Assembly: GCA_963543155.1 (NCBI GenBank)
Contig: CAUTZH010000003.1
Span: 13,628-77,627 of the forward strand
Origin: an uncultured Acholeplasmataceae bacterium
GTDB taxonomy: Bacteria > Bacillota_I > Bacilli_A > Acholeplasmatales > Acholeplasmataceae
DNA length: 64,000 nucleotides
Direction: 5' to 3'
The notes below the pieces were generated by a model. It had not been told where the DNA came from and did no database searches. It saw nothing but the letters and a program-made list of their open reading frames with translations. The position numbers and the translations under genes were made by a program. This document shows positions 46,484 through 57,181 of this stretch, one piece after another (position 1 is the first letter of the stretch; every line of letters begins with the position of its first letter).

Positions 46484-48957
46484 GGTTTCTTTTTCTTAGA
46501 GGCTTTAGGTTGTTTTTGAGGACCTTTGTAGTCAGTTGCCTGATTAGTTTGTGCGTTTTTTACAACCTCTTCGCGTTCTGTATTTCTTTCAACAACAGCT
46601 CTTAAAATATATCTAGAAATCATTTCGTTGATTTGGTCAAGCATCTCTAGAAACATGCGTTTACCTTCGTTTTGGTATACAATAACCGGGTTTTGCTGAG
46701 CATAGCCTTGCAGTGAAACCGCCTGTCTAAGCCCTTGCATACGGTCAATGTGCTCCATCCAATAAGTGTCAATAGTTCTTAAAATTATTACTTTTAAAAA
46801 CTCATTGTACTCTTCAACTGAAGACTTTTCAATTTTGTCTTGAATTTCTTTGTCTGCCAGTTCTTGTAAATATTTTTCAATTTCGGTTAGCGATTGTTTT
46901 TGTTTTAAAGTATCAAAATTGATAGCATTTAATTTAAAGATGTTGCCATCTAAATATTTAAACAGCGGAGTGGTGTTTAGTTGACCTTTCTTTTGACCGT
47001 ATAGTCGATCAAAAGTAATGTCTTTTAAATATTGAATTAAAATCTTGTAAGCCAGTTCTTGTACATCTTGGTTTTTAATCACGGCCTCGCGCTCAGCGTA
47101 AATAGTCTCTCTTTGAATACGCATCACGTCGTCGTATTTCAAGACGTTTTTGCGAGAGTCGCAGTTCATACCTTCTACTTTTTTCTGGGCATTGGTTACC
47201 ATGTATGAAAACATCTTTGACTCAATTGGCGGCATGTATTCAGACTCTGAGTTTTTATCTTGTTGTAGGCCTTGCATGTAGGCAACTCGGTTTTTAAAAG
47301 TTTCAGATGAAAATCTTTGCAGAAGTTCGTCGTCTGCAGAAATGTAGAAACGAGAGTAGCCAGGGTCACCTTGTCGACCAGATCTACCACGAAGCTGGTT
47401 GTCGATACGACGAGACTCATGTCTTTCACTGCCAATTACCGCAAGTCCACCCAGTTCTTTAACACCAGGTCCTAACTTAATGTCGGTACCACGACCGGCC
47501 ATATTGGTAGCGATAGTTACAGCACCTACTAGTCCTGCGCTTTTAATAATTTCGGCTTCTCGTTCGTGTTGTTTGGCGTTTAAGACTTCGTGTTTAATTC
47601 CACGTCTAGTTAAAAGTTGAGATAAGTACTCAGAGGTTTCAACCGCGATAGTTCCGATCAAAATAGGTTGACCTTTTTCGTGTCGCTCTTGAACTTCGTC
47701 AAGTAAGGCTTTGAATTTATCTGAAGCAGATGCAAACAACAGGTCAGTTGCGTCAATTCGTTCAACCTTTACGTTAGTTGGAACTTCTACAACTAACATG
47801 TTGTAAATTTCTTTAAACTCTTCTTCTTCGGTTTTAGCGGTACCAGTCATTCCGGCTAGTTTTTTATACATTCTAAAGAAGTTTTGATAAGTTATTGTTG
47901 CAACAGTTACGGTTTCTTGTTTGATTTTAACGTTTTCTTTAGCCTCAAGTGCTTGGTGTAGACCTTCTGAAAACTGACGACCATCTAAAATACGACCAGT
48001 AAACTGATCAACTATCAGCACTTTGTTGTCAGCAACCACGTAATCTTTGTCTCTCGCCATGATGTAGTTTGCGCGCATTGCGTTGTTGATGCGGTGAAGT
48101 AGCGAAACTTGAGAAATATCGTATAAGTTTTGCACGCCAAAATAGCGCTCAGCCTTAGACATTCCGCTTTCAGAAAGTTCAACGGCTTTGTCTTCAATGT
48201 CAATAATATAGTCTTCGTCGTTTAAAGATTTTGCAAATGCGTCGGCTCTACGGTAAAGCGCAGTGTCGTCTTTTGCACCACCAGAAATAATTAAAGGGGT
48301 TCTTGCTTCGTCTATTAAAATTGAGTCAACCTCGTCAATAATCGCGAAGTTCAGACCTCTTTTTCCAACTAAGTCTTCCTTATATAAAGAGATGTTGTCA
48401 CGCAAATAGTCAAAACCAAGTTCTGAGTTTGTTGAATACAAAATATCGCAGTCATAAGCCGCTTGTTTTTCTGCTGATTCCATTTGCGATAAATTAAGTC
48501 CAACTGAAAGTCCCAAAAACTCAAATAATTTACCGATTTCACCTTTTGCTTCACGGGTCGCTAAGTATTCGTTGACCGTAACTATATGCACACCTTGTTC
48601 AGTTAAAGCATTTAGGTATGCCGGCATCACAGCTGTCAAAGTCTTTCCTTCCCCAGTTTTCATCTCAGCGATATTACCACCGTGAATAATATAAGCACCA
48701 GCGATTTGCACAAAGAAAGGAGTAAGGCCAGTAACTCTTGTAGAGGCTTCTCTAACTAAAGCAAAAGCAGGAACAACTAGTTCCTCAAGTGTAGTTTTGC
48801 CTGATTTTAAAGCAGCCTTGTATTCGTTTGTAATTCGCGGAAAATCTTCGTCTTTTAAGGCTTTATATTCATTTTCCAGGGCTAAAACTTTGTTTGCTAT
48901 TTTTTTGGCTTTCTTTAAAAGTTTACGAGAAGGGTCAAATAATTTTTTTAAAAACAT
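46474..48957 (-). CDS. secA: Preprotein translocase ATPase SecA
   Basis: 827 aa; 'MKTGEGKTL', 'DEVDSILIDEARTPLIISG', 'TNMAGRGTDIKLG'. Confidence 0.97.
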   Translation of the reverse strand: MFLKKLFDPSRKLLKKAKKIANKVLALENEYKALKDEDFPRITNEYKAALKSGKTTLEELVVPAFALVREASTRVTGLTPFFVQIAGAYIIHGGNIAEMKTGEGKTLTAVMPAYLNALTEQGVHIVTVNEYLATREAKGEIGKLFEFLGLSVGLNLSQMESAEKQAAYDCDILYSTNSELGFDYLRDNISLYKEDLVGKRGLNFAIIDEVDSILIDEARTPLIISGGAKDDTALYRRADAFAKSLNDEDYIIDIEDKAVELSESGMSKAERYFGVQNLYDISQVSLLHRINNAMRANYIMARDKDYVVADNKVLIVDQFTGRILDGRQFSEGLHQALEAKENVKIKQETVTVATITYQNFFRMYKKLAGMTGTAKTEEEEFKEIYNMLVVEVPTNVKVERIDATDLLFASASDKFKALLDEVQERHEKGQPILIGTIAVETSEYLSQLLTRRGIKHEVLNAKQHEREAEIIKSAGLVGAVTIATNMAGRGTDIKLGPGVKELGGLAVIGSERHESRRIDNQLRGRSGRQGDPGYSRFYISADDELLQRFSSETFKNRVAYMQGLQQDKNSESEYMPPIESKMFSYMVTNAQKKVEGMNCDSRKNVLKYDDVMRIQRETIYAEREAVIKNQDVQELAYKILIQYLKDITFDRLYGQKKGQLNTTPLFKYLDGNIFKLNAINFDTLKQKQSLTEIEKYLQELADKEIQDKIEKSSVEEYNEFLKVIILRTIDTYWMEHIDRMQGLRQAVSLQGYAQQNPVIVYQNEGKRMFLEMLDQINEMISRYILRAVVERNTEREEVVKNAQTNQATDYKGPQKQPKASKKKKPWQ

Positions 48958-48999
48958 AAATTAGGTACCTCAGTTTCTTTAAAATTTAGTCAAGATAAG

Positions 49000-50748
49000 T
49001 TAATTTTTAGGGTAGTAGTTGAAATACTCACCTTTTTTTAAAAGTAACTCACTGTGAGTTCCACTTTCTATAATTTTACCATCTTTAAGGACAAATATGC
49101 AGTGGCTGTTTTGAATTGTAGAAAGCCTGTGAGCAACCACGATTAGCGTGTATTTACCCTTGATTTTGTCAAGCGACGCCTGGATAATACTTTCGGTTTT
49201 AGTGTCAATGTTAGCAGTTGCTTCATCTAGTAAAATAAGCAGAGGGTCTTTACAAATTGTGCGGGCAAAAGAAATTAGTTGGCGTTCACCTGCCGATAAG
49301 TTCTTACCATTTTCTTCCAAAACATGGTCAAGCCCCTTTTCGTATTTCAAGACTAGGTCTGCGCAGCCTAGAAACTCTAAAGTTTCTATGACTTTTTCTT
49401 TGGTTATTTTTGGGTTATTTAGAGTAATGTTTGCAAAAATTGTGTCGTTAAACAGGTAAACGTCTTGTTGCATCACGCCAATTTTTTCACGAAGTGCGGA
49501 AAGCGAATACTTAGAAATATCGGCGTGATCAATTAAAATTTGGCCTTTTTGAATGTCAAATTGACGGGTAAGTAAGTTTAAAATCGTGGTTTTGCCAGAG
49601 CCGGTTTTACCAACAAACGAATAAGTTTTGCCACTTTCTAACTTAAAGTTAACACCTTTAAGCACAGATTCATTTAAAGCATACTCAAAATAAACGTCTT
49701 TAAACTCAATGTCAAATTTCTTCACTTCTTGAATTAGTTTGCCCGTGCTTTCTTTAATTTCAGGTTCAGTCGCAAGAATTTTGTTAATTTTGCTTGATGC
49801 AACCATGGTGGACTGAACTTCTACAAACTGTTCTGAAAACCACAAAATAGGGTGAAAGAAAGTTTCAATTAAAATAAAGAAAGGTGGAACTATGTAAATG
49901 TCTTGAATTGTTCCTTTTAAAATTAAGTTAAAAGCTACGTAAAACAGATAAACTCTAGCAACTGTAGAAACTCCAAAAATTATTGGTCTTAAAAAATTAT
50001 GCATCAGCATAATTTTTAAGTTAGCCTTCAGTAGTTTCCTTTCTTGCACGCAATACTCAGCGTTCTTTTTGGCTTGTTTGCCAAAAACTTGAGTAATTTT
50101 CATTCCACGGAAGTTTTCGGCCAAATAACCGTTGATTTTAGCCTTTTGGTTGTCTGAAAAATCAAAAGATTTTTTGGTAAAAAAAGTAGTTAAAATTACT
50201 AAAATAATTAAAACTGGGATATTTATCAACATGTAGAGCGTTAAAATTGGCGAAATTATTAACATGTAGATAAAAATAGAAACAAATAAAAAGATATTTT
50301 CAAGAATTCCTGGCAGCAGGGCTGAAAGAAAATAGTAAAGTTCTTCAGCAGACGAGCAAACTCGAGAGGTTAAAGACCCGGTTTGGTTTTTCTGCATATT
50401 GCCTGTGGAAAACGAAAGTATTTTTTTAAAAGTTTCTAGTCTAATTTGATAAACGTAGTCTTGCCCGATTTTATCCAGTTGCACAGAGTTAAATAATTTA
50501 GCCAGGGCTGTGAAAACCGAAAAGAAGGTCAAAACAATTAAAGCAATTAAAATAGCCCAAATACCAGCGGCCCCAAGAAAAGTGCCTTTGCCGTCAACTA
50601 CTTTCATGATTTTGCCAAAAATAGACTGAGGAAGTGCTGCAGAAAGCGAGAACAAAATAGACAAAAGAAAACTAGTAAGCAGAGTTTTTCTATGCTTACG
50701 AATTAGTTTTATGTTGTTTTTAGTAAAAGCATCTTTAAGTCTCGGCAT
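49000..50748 (-). CDS. ABC exporter, fused permease/ATPase (half transporter)
   Basis: 582 aa: 6-TM N-terminal half, 'GKTGSGKTT', 'LSAGERQL', 'ILLDEATANID'. Confidence 0.85.
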   Translation of the reverse strand: MPRLKDAFTKNNIKLIRKHRKTLLTSFLLSILFSLSAALPQSIFGKIMKVVDGKGTFLGAAGIWAILIALIVLTFFSVFTALAKLFNSVQLDKIGQDYVYQIRLETFKKILSFSTGNMQKNQTGSLTSRVCSSAEELYYFLSALLPGILENIFLFVSIFIYMLIISPILTLYMLINIPVLIILVILTTFFTKKSFDFSDNQKAKINGYLAENFRGMKITQVFGKQAKKNAEYCVQERKLLKANLKIMLMHNFLRPIIFGVSTVARVYLFYVAFNLILKGTIQDIYIVPPFFILIETFFHPILWFSEQFVEVQSTMVASSKINKILATEPEIKESTGKLIQEVKKFDIEFKDVYFEYALNESVLKGVNFKLESGKTYSFVGKTGSGKTTILNLLTRQFDIQKGQILIDHADISKYSLSALREKIGVMQQDVYLFNDTIFANITLNNPKITKEKVIETLEFLGCADLVLKYEKGLDHVLEENGKNLSAGERQLISFARTICKDPLLILLDEATANIDTKTESIIQASLDKIKGKYTLIVVAHRLSTIQNSHCIFVLKDGKIIESGTHSELLLKKGEYFNYYPKN

Positions 50749-52568
50749 TATTCAAGACCTTTCATGCTCTGGGTTTGCATTAGTTTGCTGTATTCTTGGT
50801 TTTTTAAAATAAGTTCTTGGTGTGTGCCAGCATCTGCAACTGTACCGTTTTTTAAAATAAAAATGTTGTCGGCAGCCATGATTGAAGAAATGCGGTGTGA
50901 AATTAGTATTACTACCATTTCAGGTGTTTTTAGTTTATTGATAGAATCAAGGATTTTTTGCTCGGTTTTCATGTCAAGCGCAGAAAGCGCGTCGTCTAAA
51001 ATTAAGATTTTAGGGTTATTTAGAAACGCGCGAGCCAGTGATATTCTTTGTTTCTCGCCACCCGATAAGTTTTTACCGTTTTCCAAAATCTTGGTGTTTT
51101 GTCCATGTTCTAAGTTAGCAAGGGTGTTTTTTAAATCAAAATTAGTGTATAGTTTATCAAGCACTACTTGGTCTGTAAATTTGTTTTTAAAGTTAATGTT
51201 GGCAGCAATTGTATCTGAAAACAAGAAACCGTTTTGAGAAACATAGCCAATTTGCTCAGCCAAAGTAATTTGAGATAGATTGTTAATGTCTACGCCTCCA
51301 ATTAAACATTTGCCGTTTTCAGAGCTATAGACTTTAAGCAATATTTCTCCAATTGTGGTTTTACCAGAGCCGGTGCGGCCAAGTATCCCAATAGTTTGGC
51401 CAGGTTTAATTTTTAAGTTTAAGTTTTTAAGCACAAGATTTTTAGGGTCATCTGGATAGGCAAAGTTAAAGTTTTTAAACTCAATTTCTGAAGTTAAATC
51501 GGCAGCCAGAATGTTATTGTTTGTTTTTAAGTATCTGGCAAACACAACTTCATTTGTTGGTTTAACTTCGGTTTCGCTTTCCTTGTTGAGAGCACTTAAA
51601 AACACACGGCGCGAAACCATAGTCTTGGAAAGCATTGTGACAAAATGACCGATGGCAATCAAAGGCCAAGACAGGGTAAAAACATAGGTAAAAAACAAAA
51701 TCATGTCTTCAGATTGCAATTTGCCAAAAACTTTGCTTGGATAAATTATGATTAAAGAAAGTGTAAAAATTAAAACAGTTAAGTTAAGCCCAGTAATCAG
51801 TTGGTTAAAAAATTGGTTTTTAAAACCAGCCTTTGCGCTTTTGGAGTAAGCCGTGCTGTAGTTTTTAGCAAGTACACCAAAGTGTGCATACGCCCAAGTT
51901 TCTCTTAAAAAAGCCTTAATTACTGCGTGTCCTTGAAAAGTCTCTTGCACAAAATCCTGCATTATCGTGTAGTTAGCACGAGAAGTCTTGAAGTGCATCC
52001 TTATTTGACGGCCAAAGTAAAGCGATACTAAAAATACAAAAATAAGTGGCACCAAAAAGGCAGTAGACGCAGTCCAAGACAGCGTAAACATTTTATAAAG
52101 CGTAAAGCCACCTAAAAAAATAATATCGGAAAGCATTAAGAAACTCAAAGCCACGGTCATTCTAATTTGGTTGATGTCTTGAGTAAAGTATGCCATTAAG
52201 GCACCGGTTTTCGTGGTTTTAAAGTGAGTTTGGCTTTGTTTGGTTTGCTTTTCAAACAGGTCTACGCGCATTTTGCTTTCAACTAATCTAGATGTACCAA
52301 ATAGTGCAAAACGCCAAATAAAACGACCTAAAATCAGAAGTCCAAGCAACATTAAAATAGAGGTGATATGGCTATACACCTCTATTTTTCTGCTGGTCAG
52401 TTCTGCTTTATTTGTTTTAAAAATCGCCAGAATTTCTCTAAAAAGTTCAGGGATTCTCAATTGATACCAGTTAATTACAACCAATACCGCTGCTCCAAAA
52501 AACAAATAAGGACTAAAACGAACAATTAGTTTTAAAAAATAAAATTTATTGTTTTGGTTTTTTTTCAT
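50748..52568 (-). CDS. ABC exporter, fused permease/ATPase (partner half transporter)
   Basis: 606 aa; 'GRTGSGKTT', 'LSGGEKQR', 'LILDDALSALD'. Abuts the downstream half-transporter gene. Confidence 0.85.
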   Translation of the reverse strand: MKKNQNNKFYFLKLIVRFSPYLFFGAAVLVVINWYQLRIPELFREILAIFKTNKAELTSRKIEVYSHITSILMLLGLLILGRFIWRFALFGTSRLVESKMRVDLFEKQTKQSQTHFKTTKTGALMAYFTQDINQIRMTVALSFLMLSDIIFLGGFTLYKMFTLSWTASTAFLVPLIFVFLVSLYFGRQIRMHFKTSRANYTIMQDFVQETFQGHAVIKAFLRETWAYAHFGVLAKNYSTAYSKSAKAGFKNQFFNQLITGLNLTVLIFTLSLIIIYPSKVFGKLQSEDMILFFTYVFTLSWPLIAIGHFVTMLSKTMVSRRVFLSALNKESETEVKPTNEVVFARYLKTNNNILAADLTSEIEFKNFNFAYPDDPKNLVLKNLNLKIKPGQTIGILGRTGSGKTTIGEILLKVYSSENGKCLIGGVDINNLSQITLAEQIGYVSQNGFLFSDTIAANINFKNKFTDQVVLDKLYTNFDLKNTLANLEHGQNTKILENGKNLSGGEKQRISLARAFLNNPKILILDDALSALDMKTEQKILDSINKLKTPEMVVILISHRISSIMAADNIFILKNGTVADAGTHQELILKNQEYSKLMQTQSMKGLE

Positions 52569-52585
52569 CTAAAATTTTAAATAAA

Positions 52586-53134
52586 TTATTTTTCTTTAAT
52601 TTCAACTCCGTAGTTTTGACGAAGAGATTGCTCTAAACCGAAAGCAAAGTCCTCGAATCTAGCGATTTCTGCAAACATCAAAGCCTGTGCTTTCATAATA
52701 TCTTCAATGATTTTCTTAAAATCAGGTGTGTCACCTTTATTAAAGACTAAAAAGTAAAGTACTGCTTCTAAATAAGCCTCAAATTTCGCAGATTCGTCGT
52801 CTTCTAAAAGACTTGATAAAAAAACGCATTCTACCAAGGAACCTAAAATATAGACTTCTTTTTCTTTTTCAGAAAGATAAGAATCAGGGTGTTTAACTAA
52901 AATTTCTTTAAAAGCCTCAACTTGACGCTCTAAATAATTCATTAAACCGAAAGCATCTTCAATTTCTTTTTTTGTAAAGTCAACAGGAGCTAAATACAAT
53001 TTTAAGCAAGAAACTACATTTTCAAAAAGTCCCGCGACTAAGTAATTTTTTTCAATGAAACGATTTAAAACAACAAAGTCATCTGACTGCGTAAACTCTC
53101 TGATTTGAGTAAGTTTAGAATCTTCTTTTAGCAT
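52586..53134 (-). CDS. Hypothetical acidic helical protein
   Basis: 182 aa, overlaps the fba stop by 7 nt. No motif recognised. Confidence 0.45.
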   Translation of the reverse strand: MLKEDSKLTQIREFTQSDDFVVLNRFIEKNYLVAGLFENVVSCLKLYLAPVDFTKKEIEDAFGLMNYLERQVEAFKEILVKHPDSYLSEKEKEVYILGSLVECVFLSSLLEDDESAKFEAYLEAVLYFLVFNKGDTPDFKKIIEDIMKAQALMFAEIARFEDFAFGLEQSLRQNYGVEIKEK

Positions 53135-53991
53135 TTGCCAACTGAACCAAAAAACTGCATTTTTTGGCGAACTATTTCTTTGGCGCGTTCAACTCCTGGT
53201 TTTAGAATTTTACGAGGGTCGTAGCCTTTGCCAACTTGATCAAGTCCTGCTTGAAAGTATTCATGAAGCCCATCTCTAAATGCTTGCTGTAGTTCAGTGT
53301 TCACGTTGATTTTAGCAATTCCAAGTTTAATGGCTTTTTTAACTTGGTCTTCCGGAATTCCGGTTCCACCATGTAGAACTAAAGGAAAGTTTTTAGTTTC
53401 CTTAGAAAGCAGTTCAATTTGCGCAAAAGATAGCCCTTTCCAGTTAAGGGGATATGGCCCATGGATGTTGCCGACACCTGCGGCTAGAAAGTCAATACCA
53501 AGTTCTTGCATTAATTTGGCTTCTTTAGGATCGGCTAGTTCTCCGTTTCCGACAACTCCGTCTTCTTCGCCACCAATAGTTCCAACTTCTGCTTCAAAAG
53601 AAATGTTTTTGGCTTTAGCGAGTTGTATCAGTTCTTTAGTTTTTGCGTAGTTTTCCGCAAAGGTAAAGTGAGAACCGTCAAACATTACAGAAGTAAAGCC
53701 AGCGGCAATTGCTTTTTTGGTGCCTTCGTAAGTTCCGTGGTCAAGATGCAAAGCAACAGGTACGGTAATTTGAAGGTCATCGTGCAAAGCATATACCATT
53801 TGCGCAACTGTTTTAAAGCCACCCATGTAGCGAATGGCGCCTTCTGAAACTCCGATAATTACTGGACTTCTTAGTTCTTCTGCAACTTCTAAAACTAAAC
53901 GAGTCCATTCTAAATTATTAATATTGATATGAGCAATAGCGTAGCCGCCTTGACGTGCTTTGTGTACCATATCATGTGCATTTACTAACAT
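53128..53991 (-). CDS. fba: Class II fructose-bisphosphate aldolase
   Basis: 287 aa; 'PVALHLDHG', 'VMFDGS', 'LVLHGGTG'. Confidence 0.9.
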   Translation of the reverse strand: MLVNAHDMVHKARQGGYAIAHININNLEWTRLVLEVAEELRSPVIIGVSEGAIRYMGGFKTVAQMVYALHDDLQITVPVALHLDHGTYEGTKKAIAAGFTSVMFDGSHFTFAENYAKTKELIQLAKAKNISFEAEVGTIGGEEDGVVGNGELADPKEAKLMQELGIDFLAAGVGNIHGPYPLNWKGLSFAQIELLSKETKNFPLVLHGGTGIPEDQVKKAIKLGIAKINVNTELQQAFRDGLHEYFQAGLDQVGKGYDPRKILKPGVERAKEIVRQKMQFFGSVGKC

Positions 53992-54041
53992 AGCTAAATT
54001 AAATACTCCTTAAATCAAGATTTATTTTAAGTTAAAAAGAT

Positions 54042-54989
54042 TTATTTTTTATTAACTTGGCGATCAATGATGTCTTTAAGTACTTTGTGTGATTTTTGAA
54101 TTGCCTTAGTTTCGCGTTCATCTAGTTCAAGTTGTAGAACTTCGCGAATTCCGGAAGCATTTATCACACAAGGAGTTCCAAGATATACGTCTTTTAGACC
54201 GTATTCACCTTCAAGGTAGGCAGAAACTGAAAGAATAGCGTTTTCGTTTGAAAGAATGGCTTTACAAATTCTGGTCATTGCAGTGCCGATTCCGTAGTAA
54301 GTTGCTCCTTTGCGGTTAATAATTTCATATGCCTTGTGTCGCACACAGTCTTCAATTTCCATTAGTTTATCGCATTTAACTCCGCATCTTTTTTCAAGGA
54401 ATTTACCAAGTTTAAGGCCAGCAACAGAAGCAGCGGAAAATGCTGCGAACTCAGAGTCGCCGTGTTCGCCCATCACGTATGCGTGTACGTTTCTAGGGTC
54501 AACTTCAAGGTATTCAGATAAAGCGTAGCGTAGACGTGCTGAGTCTAGAACTGTACCTGAACCAATTACTCTTTCTTTTGGAAAACCTGAGAATTTCTTA
54601 ACAGCGTAAGTCATGATATCTACTGGGTTTGAAACTACTAAAAAAATTCCGTTGAAACCACTTTTCATGATTTCCTTAACGATACCTTCCATAATTTTTA
54701 GGTTGATGTCAATTAACTCAAGACGAGTTTGACCTGGTTTTTGAGCAGCGCCTGCGGTAATTACCACAATTTCTGCGTCATGGCAATCTTTGTATTCTGC
54801 TGCATAAACTTTTACATGAGGTCCGTGTACCAACACGTCTTGCAAGTCTAGAGCGTCTCCTTCAGTTCTGGCTTTGTTGATATCAACAATCCCGATTTCT
54901 GTGCCTACTCCTAAAATTGTTGAGGCAAATGCGAAAGACGAACCTACTTGACCGTCTCCAACTAAGATAATTTTATTTTTTTTAATCAT
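54042..54989 (-). CDS. ldh: L-lactate dehydrogenase
   Basis: 315 aa; '[16 protein letters not shown]', '[16 protein letters not shown]', 'GEHGDS'. Confidence 0.95.
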   Translation of the reverse strand: MIKKNKIILVGDGQVGSSFAFASTILGVGTEIGIVDINKARTEGDALDLQDVLVHGPHVKVYAAEYKDCHDAEIVVITAGAAQKPGQTRLELIDINLKIMEGIVKEIMKSGFNGIFLVVSNPVDIMTYAVKKFSGFPKERVIGSGTVLDSARLRYALSEYLEVDPRNVHAYVMGEHGDSEFAAFSAASVAGLKLGKFLEKRCGVKCDKLMEIEDCVRHKAYEIINRKGATYYGIGTAMTRICKAILSNENAILSVSAYLEGEYGLKDVYLGTPCVINASGIREVLQLELDERETKAIQKSHKVLKDIIDRQVNKK

Positions 54990-55161
54990 TTCTTGCTCCT
55001 TAATTATCTTTTTAATTATAATATAAATAAAGAGTTTTTTCTATCGTTTTCTTTAGATTTTAGGCAGATAACTGACTGCTTTAAGGGTGGTTTCTTGCAA
55101 ATTTAAAACTCTTTGAATAATTTTTAAATAACTTAAATATCGGCTTAAAAACGCGTAGCCG

Positions 55162-55170
55162 TGTTATAAT
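55162..55170 (+). promoter_or_regulatory. Extended -10 (TGtTATAAT) upstream of secG
   Basis: tgttataat lies 24 nt before ATG 55195, with a GAGG RBS in between. Confidence 0.45.
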
Positions 55171-55194
55171 TTAATAGTTAAATGAGGTACACAA

Positions 55195-55431
55195 ATGCTT
55201 TGGAGTGATTGGCTAGTTTTTATATTATCTATCTTAATGGTTGCAAATGTATTGCTGCAACAATCTAAAGATGATTTGCAAGATGCTTTTTCTGGTGATA
55301 AATCAGAATTATTTAAAAATAAAAAAGCACGAGGACTTGAGGCTGTTTTAAATATTACAATGGCTGTGTTTTCGGTTTTATTTGTAATATTCATCATCGT
55401 TAGTCGTGTACTAATTACAAAAGGTTTCTAA
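55195..55431 (+). CDS. secG: Preprotein translocase subunit SecG
   Basis: 78 aa with two TM segments; 'VLLQQSKDDLQDAFSG' matches the SecG 'LLQ.gKg.g...fgg' pattern. Confidence 0.6.
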   Translation: MLWSDWLVFILSILMVANVLLQQSKDDLQDAFSGDKSELFKNKKARGLEAVLNITMAVFSVLFVIFIIVSRVLITKGF

Positions 55432-55455
55432 GTAAACCTTTTTTTATTTTTCAAA

Positions 55456-56127
55456 ATGCACCGTTTTTTTACCAAAAACTGGGAGTTTGGGCCAGAAATT
55501 AAACACCAAATTAAAAATGTGTTAAGACTACGCGAAGGAACGCAAATTGAGGTTTGTGCAAACCAAGAGTGTTTTTTAGGGGTAGTTTCTTATCGTGAAA
55601 AAGAACCTATTTTTATCAAACAAACTAAGTTAACTCAAAGCAAGGTTTTTAAAGTTGATATAGTTCAAGGTTTAACTGTTCCAAAAAAATGTGAGTTTGC
55701 TGTTAAACACCTAACTTTATATGGTGCAAGAAAAATTATGTTTGCACCCTTTCACAGAAGTGAAAGAAAACTTAAACCTCTTAACTTAAACAGAGCAGAA
55801 ACTATTGCCAAAGAAGCCGCTGAAATCGCTAAACGTTTTGAAGTTCCAGAAATTGAAGTATTTAGTGCTTTATTTGAAATTGATTTTACTAAGTATGACT
55901 TGGTGTTGCTAGCCGACGAAGAGGCTGAGTTTGAAAAGAAGTTTAAGTTTACTGACTTTAAAGAGAAAAATATTTTACTCGTAATTGGACCAGAAGGTGG
56001 TATTGATATAAGTGAGCGCCAGTTTTTTGAAAAACTTTCAAACTGTAAAATAGTTTCACTTGGCGAAAATATTTTAACCACAGAAAGTGCAGCTATTGGT
56101 ATCCTTTGGGCTTTAAATAATTTATAG
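55456..56127 (+). CDS. rsmE: 16S rRNA (uracil1498-N3)-methyltransferase RsmE
   Basis: 223 aa; 'MHRFF' start, 'LLVIGPEGG', and a C-terminal 'LGENILTTESAAI' SPOUT knot. Confidence 0.85.
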   Translation: MHRFFTKNWEFGPEIKHQIKNVLRLREGTQIEVCANQECFLGVVSYREKEPIFIKQTKLTQSKVFKVDIVQGLTVPKKCEFAVKHLTLYGARKIMFAPFHRSERKLKPLNLNRAETIAKEAAEIAKRFEVPEIEVFSALFEIDFTKYDLVLLADEEAEFEKKFKFTDFKEKNILLVIGPEGGIDISERQFFEKLSNCKIVSLGENILTTESAAIGILWALNNL

Positions 56128-56173
56128 TTTTTAAGTATTTTAAGCACTTCATGTTAACTATATTGACGTTAAT

Positions 56174-56545
56174 ATGAAGTGCTTTTTATGTTTAGAAGAA
56201 ATTGAAAACGAAATAAACTTTTTTACCTTTTTTAAGTTAAATAGAAATATTTTTTGCAAAACTTGTATACAGTCAAACGACTTTTCTTTAGTGCATGAAA
56301 CTTTTCCAACAGCACAAAACTCTGTGTGTAATTTATATTATTTTGAGTACTACAGCCCAGAAATACCTGAAGACATCTACCTGCAATTTTTTGCGCCAAT
56401 TTTTACACAAAAAATCAAGACAGGCATTCCTATTTTCTTCTTGTTAGAGTATAATATACATGTAGATAAGGTTTTGAAAAAAGTTTTTAAAACCGATGTC
56501 ATTATTCTCAGTTTAAGAAAGGTAGGAACAAATAATGAACATTAA
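56174..56545 (+). CDS. Small zinc-ribbon protein, ComFC N-terminus-like, without a phosphoribosyltransferase domain
   Basis: 123 aa; 'CFLC...FCKTC'. In other Firmicutes the position just upstream of hpf is held by comFC. Weak call. Confidence 0.3.
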   Translation: MKCFLCLEEIENEINFFTFFKLNRNIFCKTCIQSNDFSLVHETFPTAQNSVCNLYYFEYYSPEIPEDIYLQFFAPIFTQKIKTGIPIFFLLEYNIHVDKVLKKVFKTDVIILSLRKVGTNNEH

Positions 56546-57083
56546 AGTACAAGGCAAAAACGGATTTATTCCAAGTGAAAGTATTGAAAAATACTCTGAG
56601 AAAAAACTTGAAAAGGTTTTAAAACTAATTCCAGAAGACGATGTAAAAGTCAGAGTTGTCTGTAAAGTTTACAACGATGTGCAAAAAGTAGAAATTACTT
56701 TAACTCTACCAAAAATTACTATGCGTGCAGAAGTTGAACAAAAAGATATTTATGCTGCAATTGATTTAGCAGTTGATAAACTACTTCGTCAATTAACTAA
56801 ACAAAAAGATAAGTTTGCTCTGCGTTTTTCTAAAAACAAAAACCGTGGTATCAAAGAAGAAAATGCCAAATTAGCGGATGCTATGGCAAAAACCAGTATT
56901 TACGGTGAAGACATTGTCAGAGTTAAATCTATTGCACTTGAGCCAATTACTGTAGATGAAGCAATTTTTAAAATGGAAACTCTAGATCACTCTTTCTATA
57001 TCTTTAAAAATGTAGAAAACGACAAAGTTTGCGTAATTTACCGTCGTAATGAAGGCAATTTAGCAGTTATTGAAACTGAATAG
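56535..57083 (+). CDS. hpf: Ribosome hibernation-promoting factor, long form
   Basis: 182 aa: N-terminal S30AE fold ('MNIKVQGKN...EKYSEKKLEKV') and a C-terminal dimerisation domain ('DEAIFKMETLDHSFYIFKN'). Confidence 0.9.
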   Translation: MNIKVQGKNGFIPSESIEKYSEKKLEKVLKLIPEDDVKVRVVCKVYNDVQKVEITLTLPKITMRAEVEQKDIYAAIDLAVDKLLRQLTKQKDKFALRFSKNKNRGIKEENAKLADAMAKTSIYGEDIVRVKSIALEPITVDEAIFKMETLDHSFYIFKNVENDKVCVIYRRNEGNLAVIETE

Positions 57084-57122
57084 TTAAAACTTTATCATTT
57101 TAATAAATAGCTTAAATATAAG

Positions 57123-57149
57123 GCTAGCGTATGTTTGCGTTGGCTTTTT
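57123..57149 (+). terminator. hpf terminator
   Basis: Stem gctagcg/cgttggc (two G-U pairs) followed by tttttatttt. Confidence 0.55.
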
Positions 57150-57181
57150 ATTTTATTATTGATTTAAATTAAGGAGATCAC

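Noticed and set aside
54990-55194. Replication-origin-like strand switch (minus-strand genes to the left, plus-strand genes to the right)
   Set aside because: There is no dnaA or dnaN nearby, I saw no TTATCCACA-type boxes in the spacer, and other plus-strand genes interrupt the left arm. It is just a divergent promoter region.
55164-55397. 77-aa minus-strand ORF overlapping secG
   Set aside because: The plus-strand frame has a promoter, an RBS and a SecG-like two-TM sequence. The minus-strand frame has no support.
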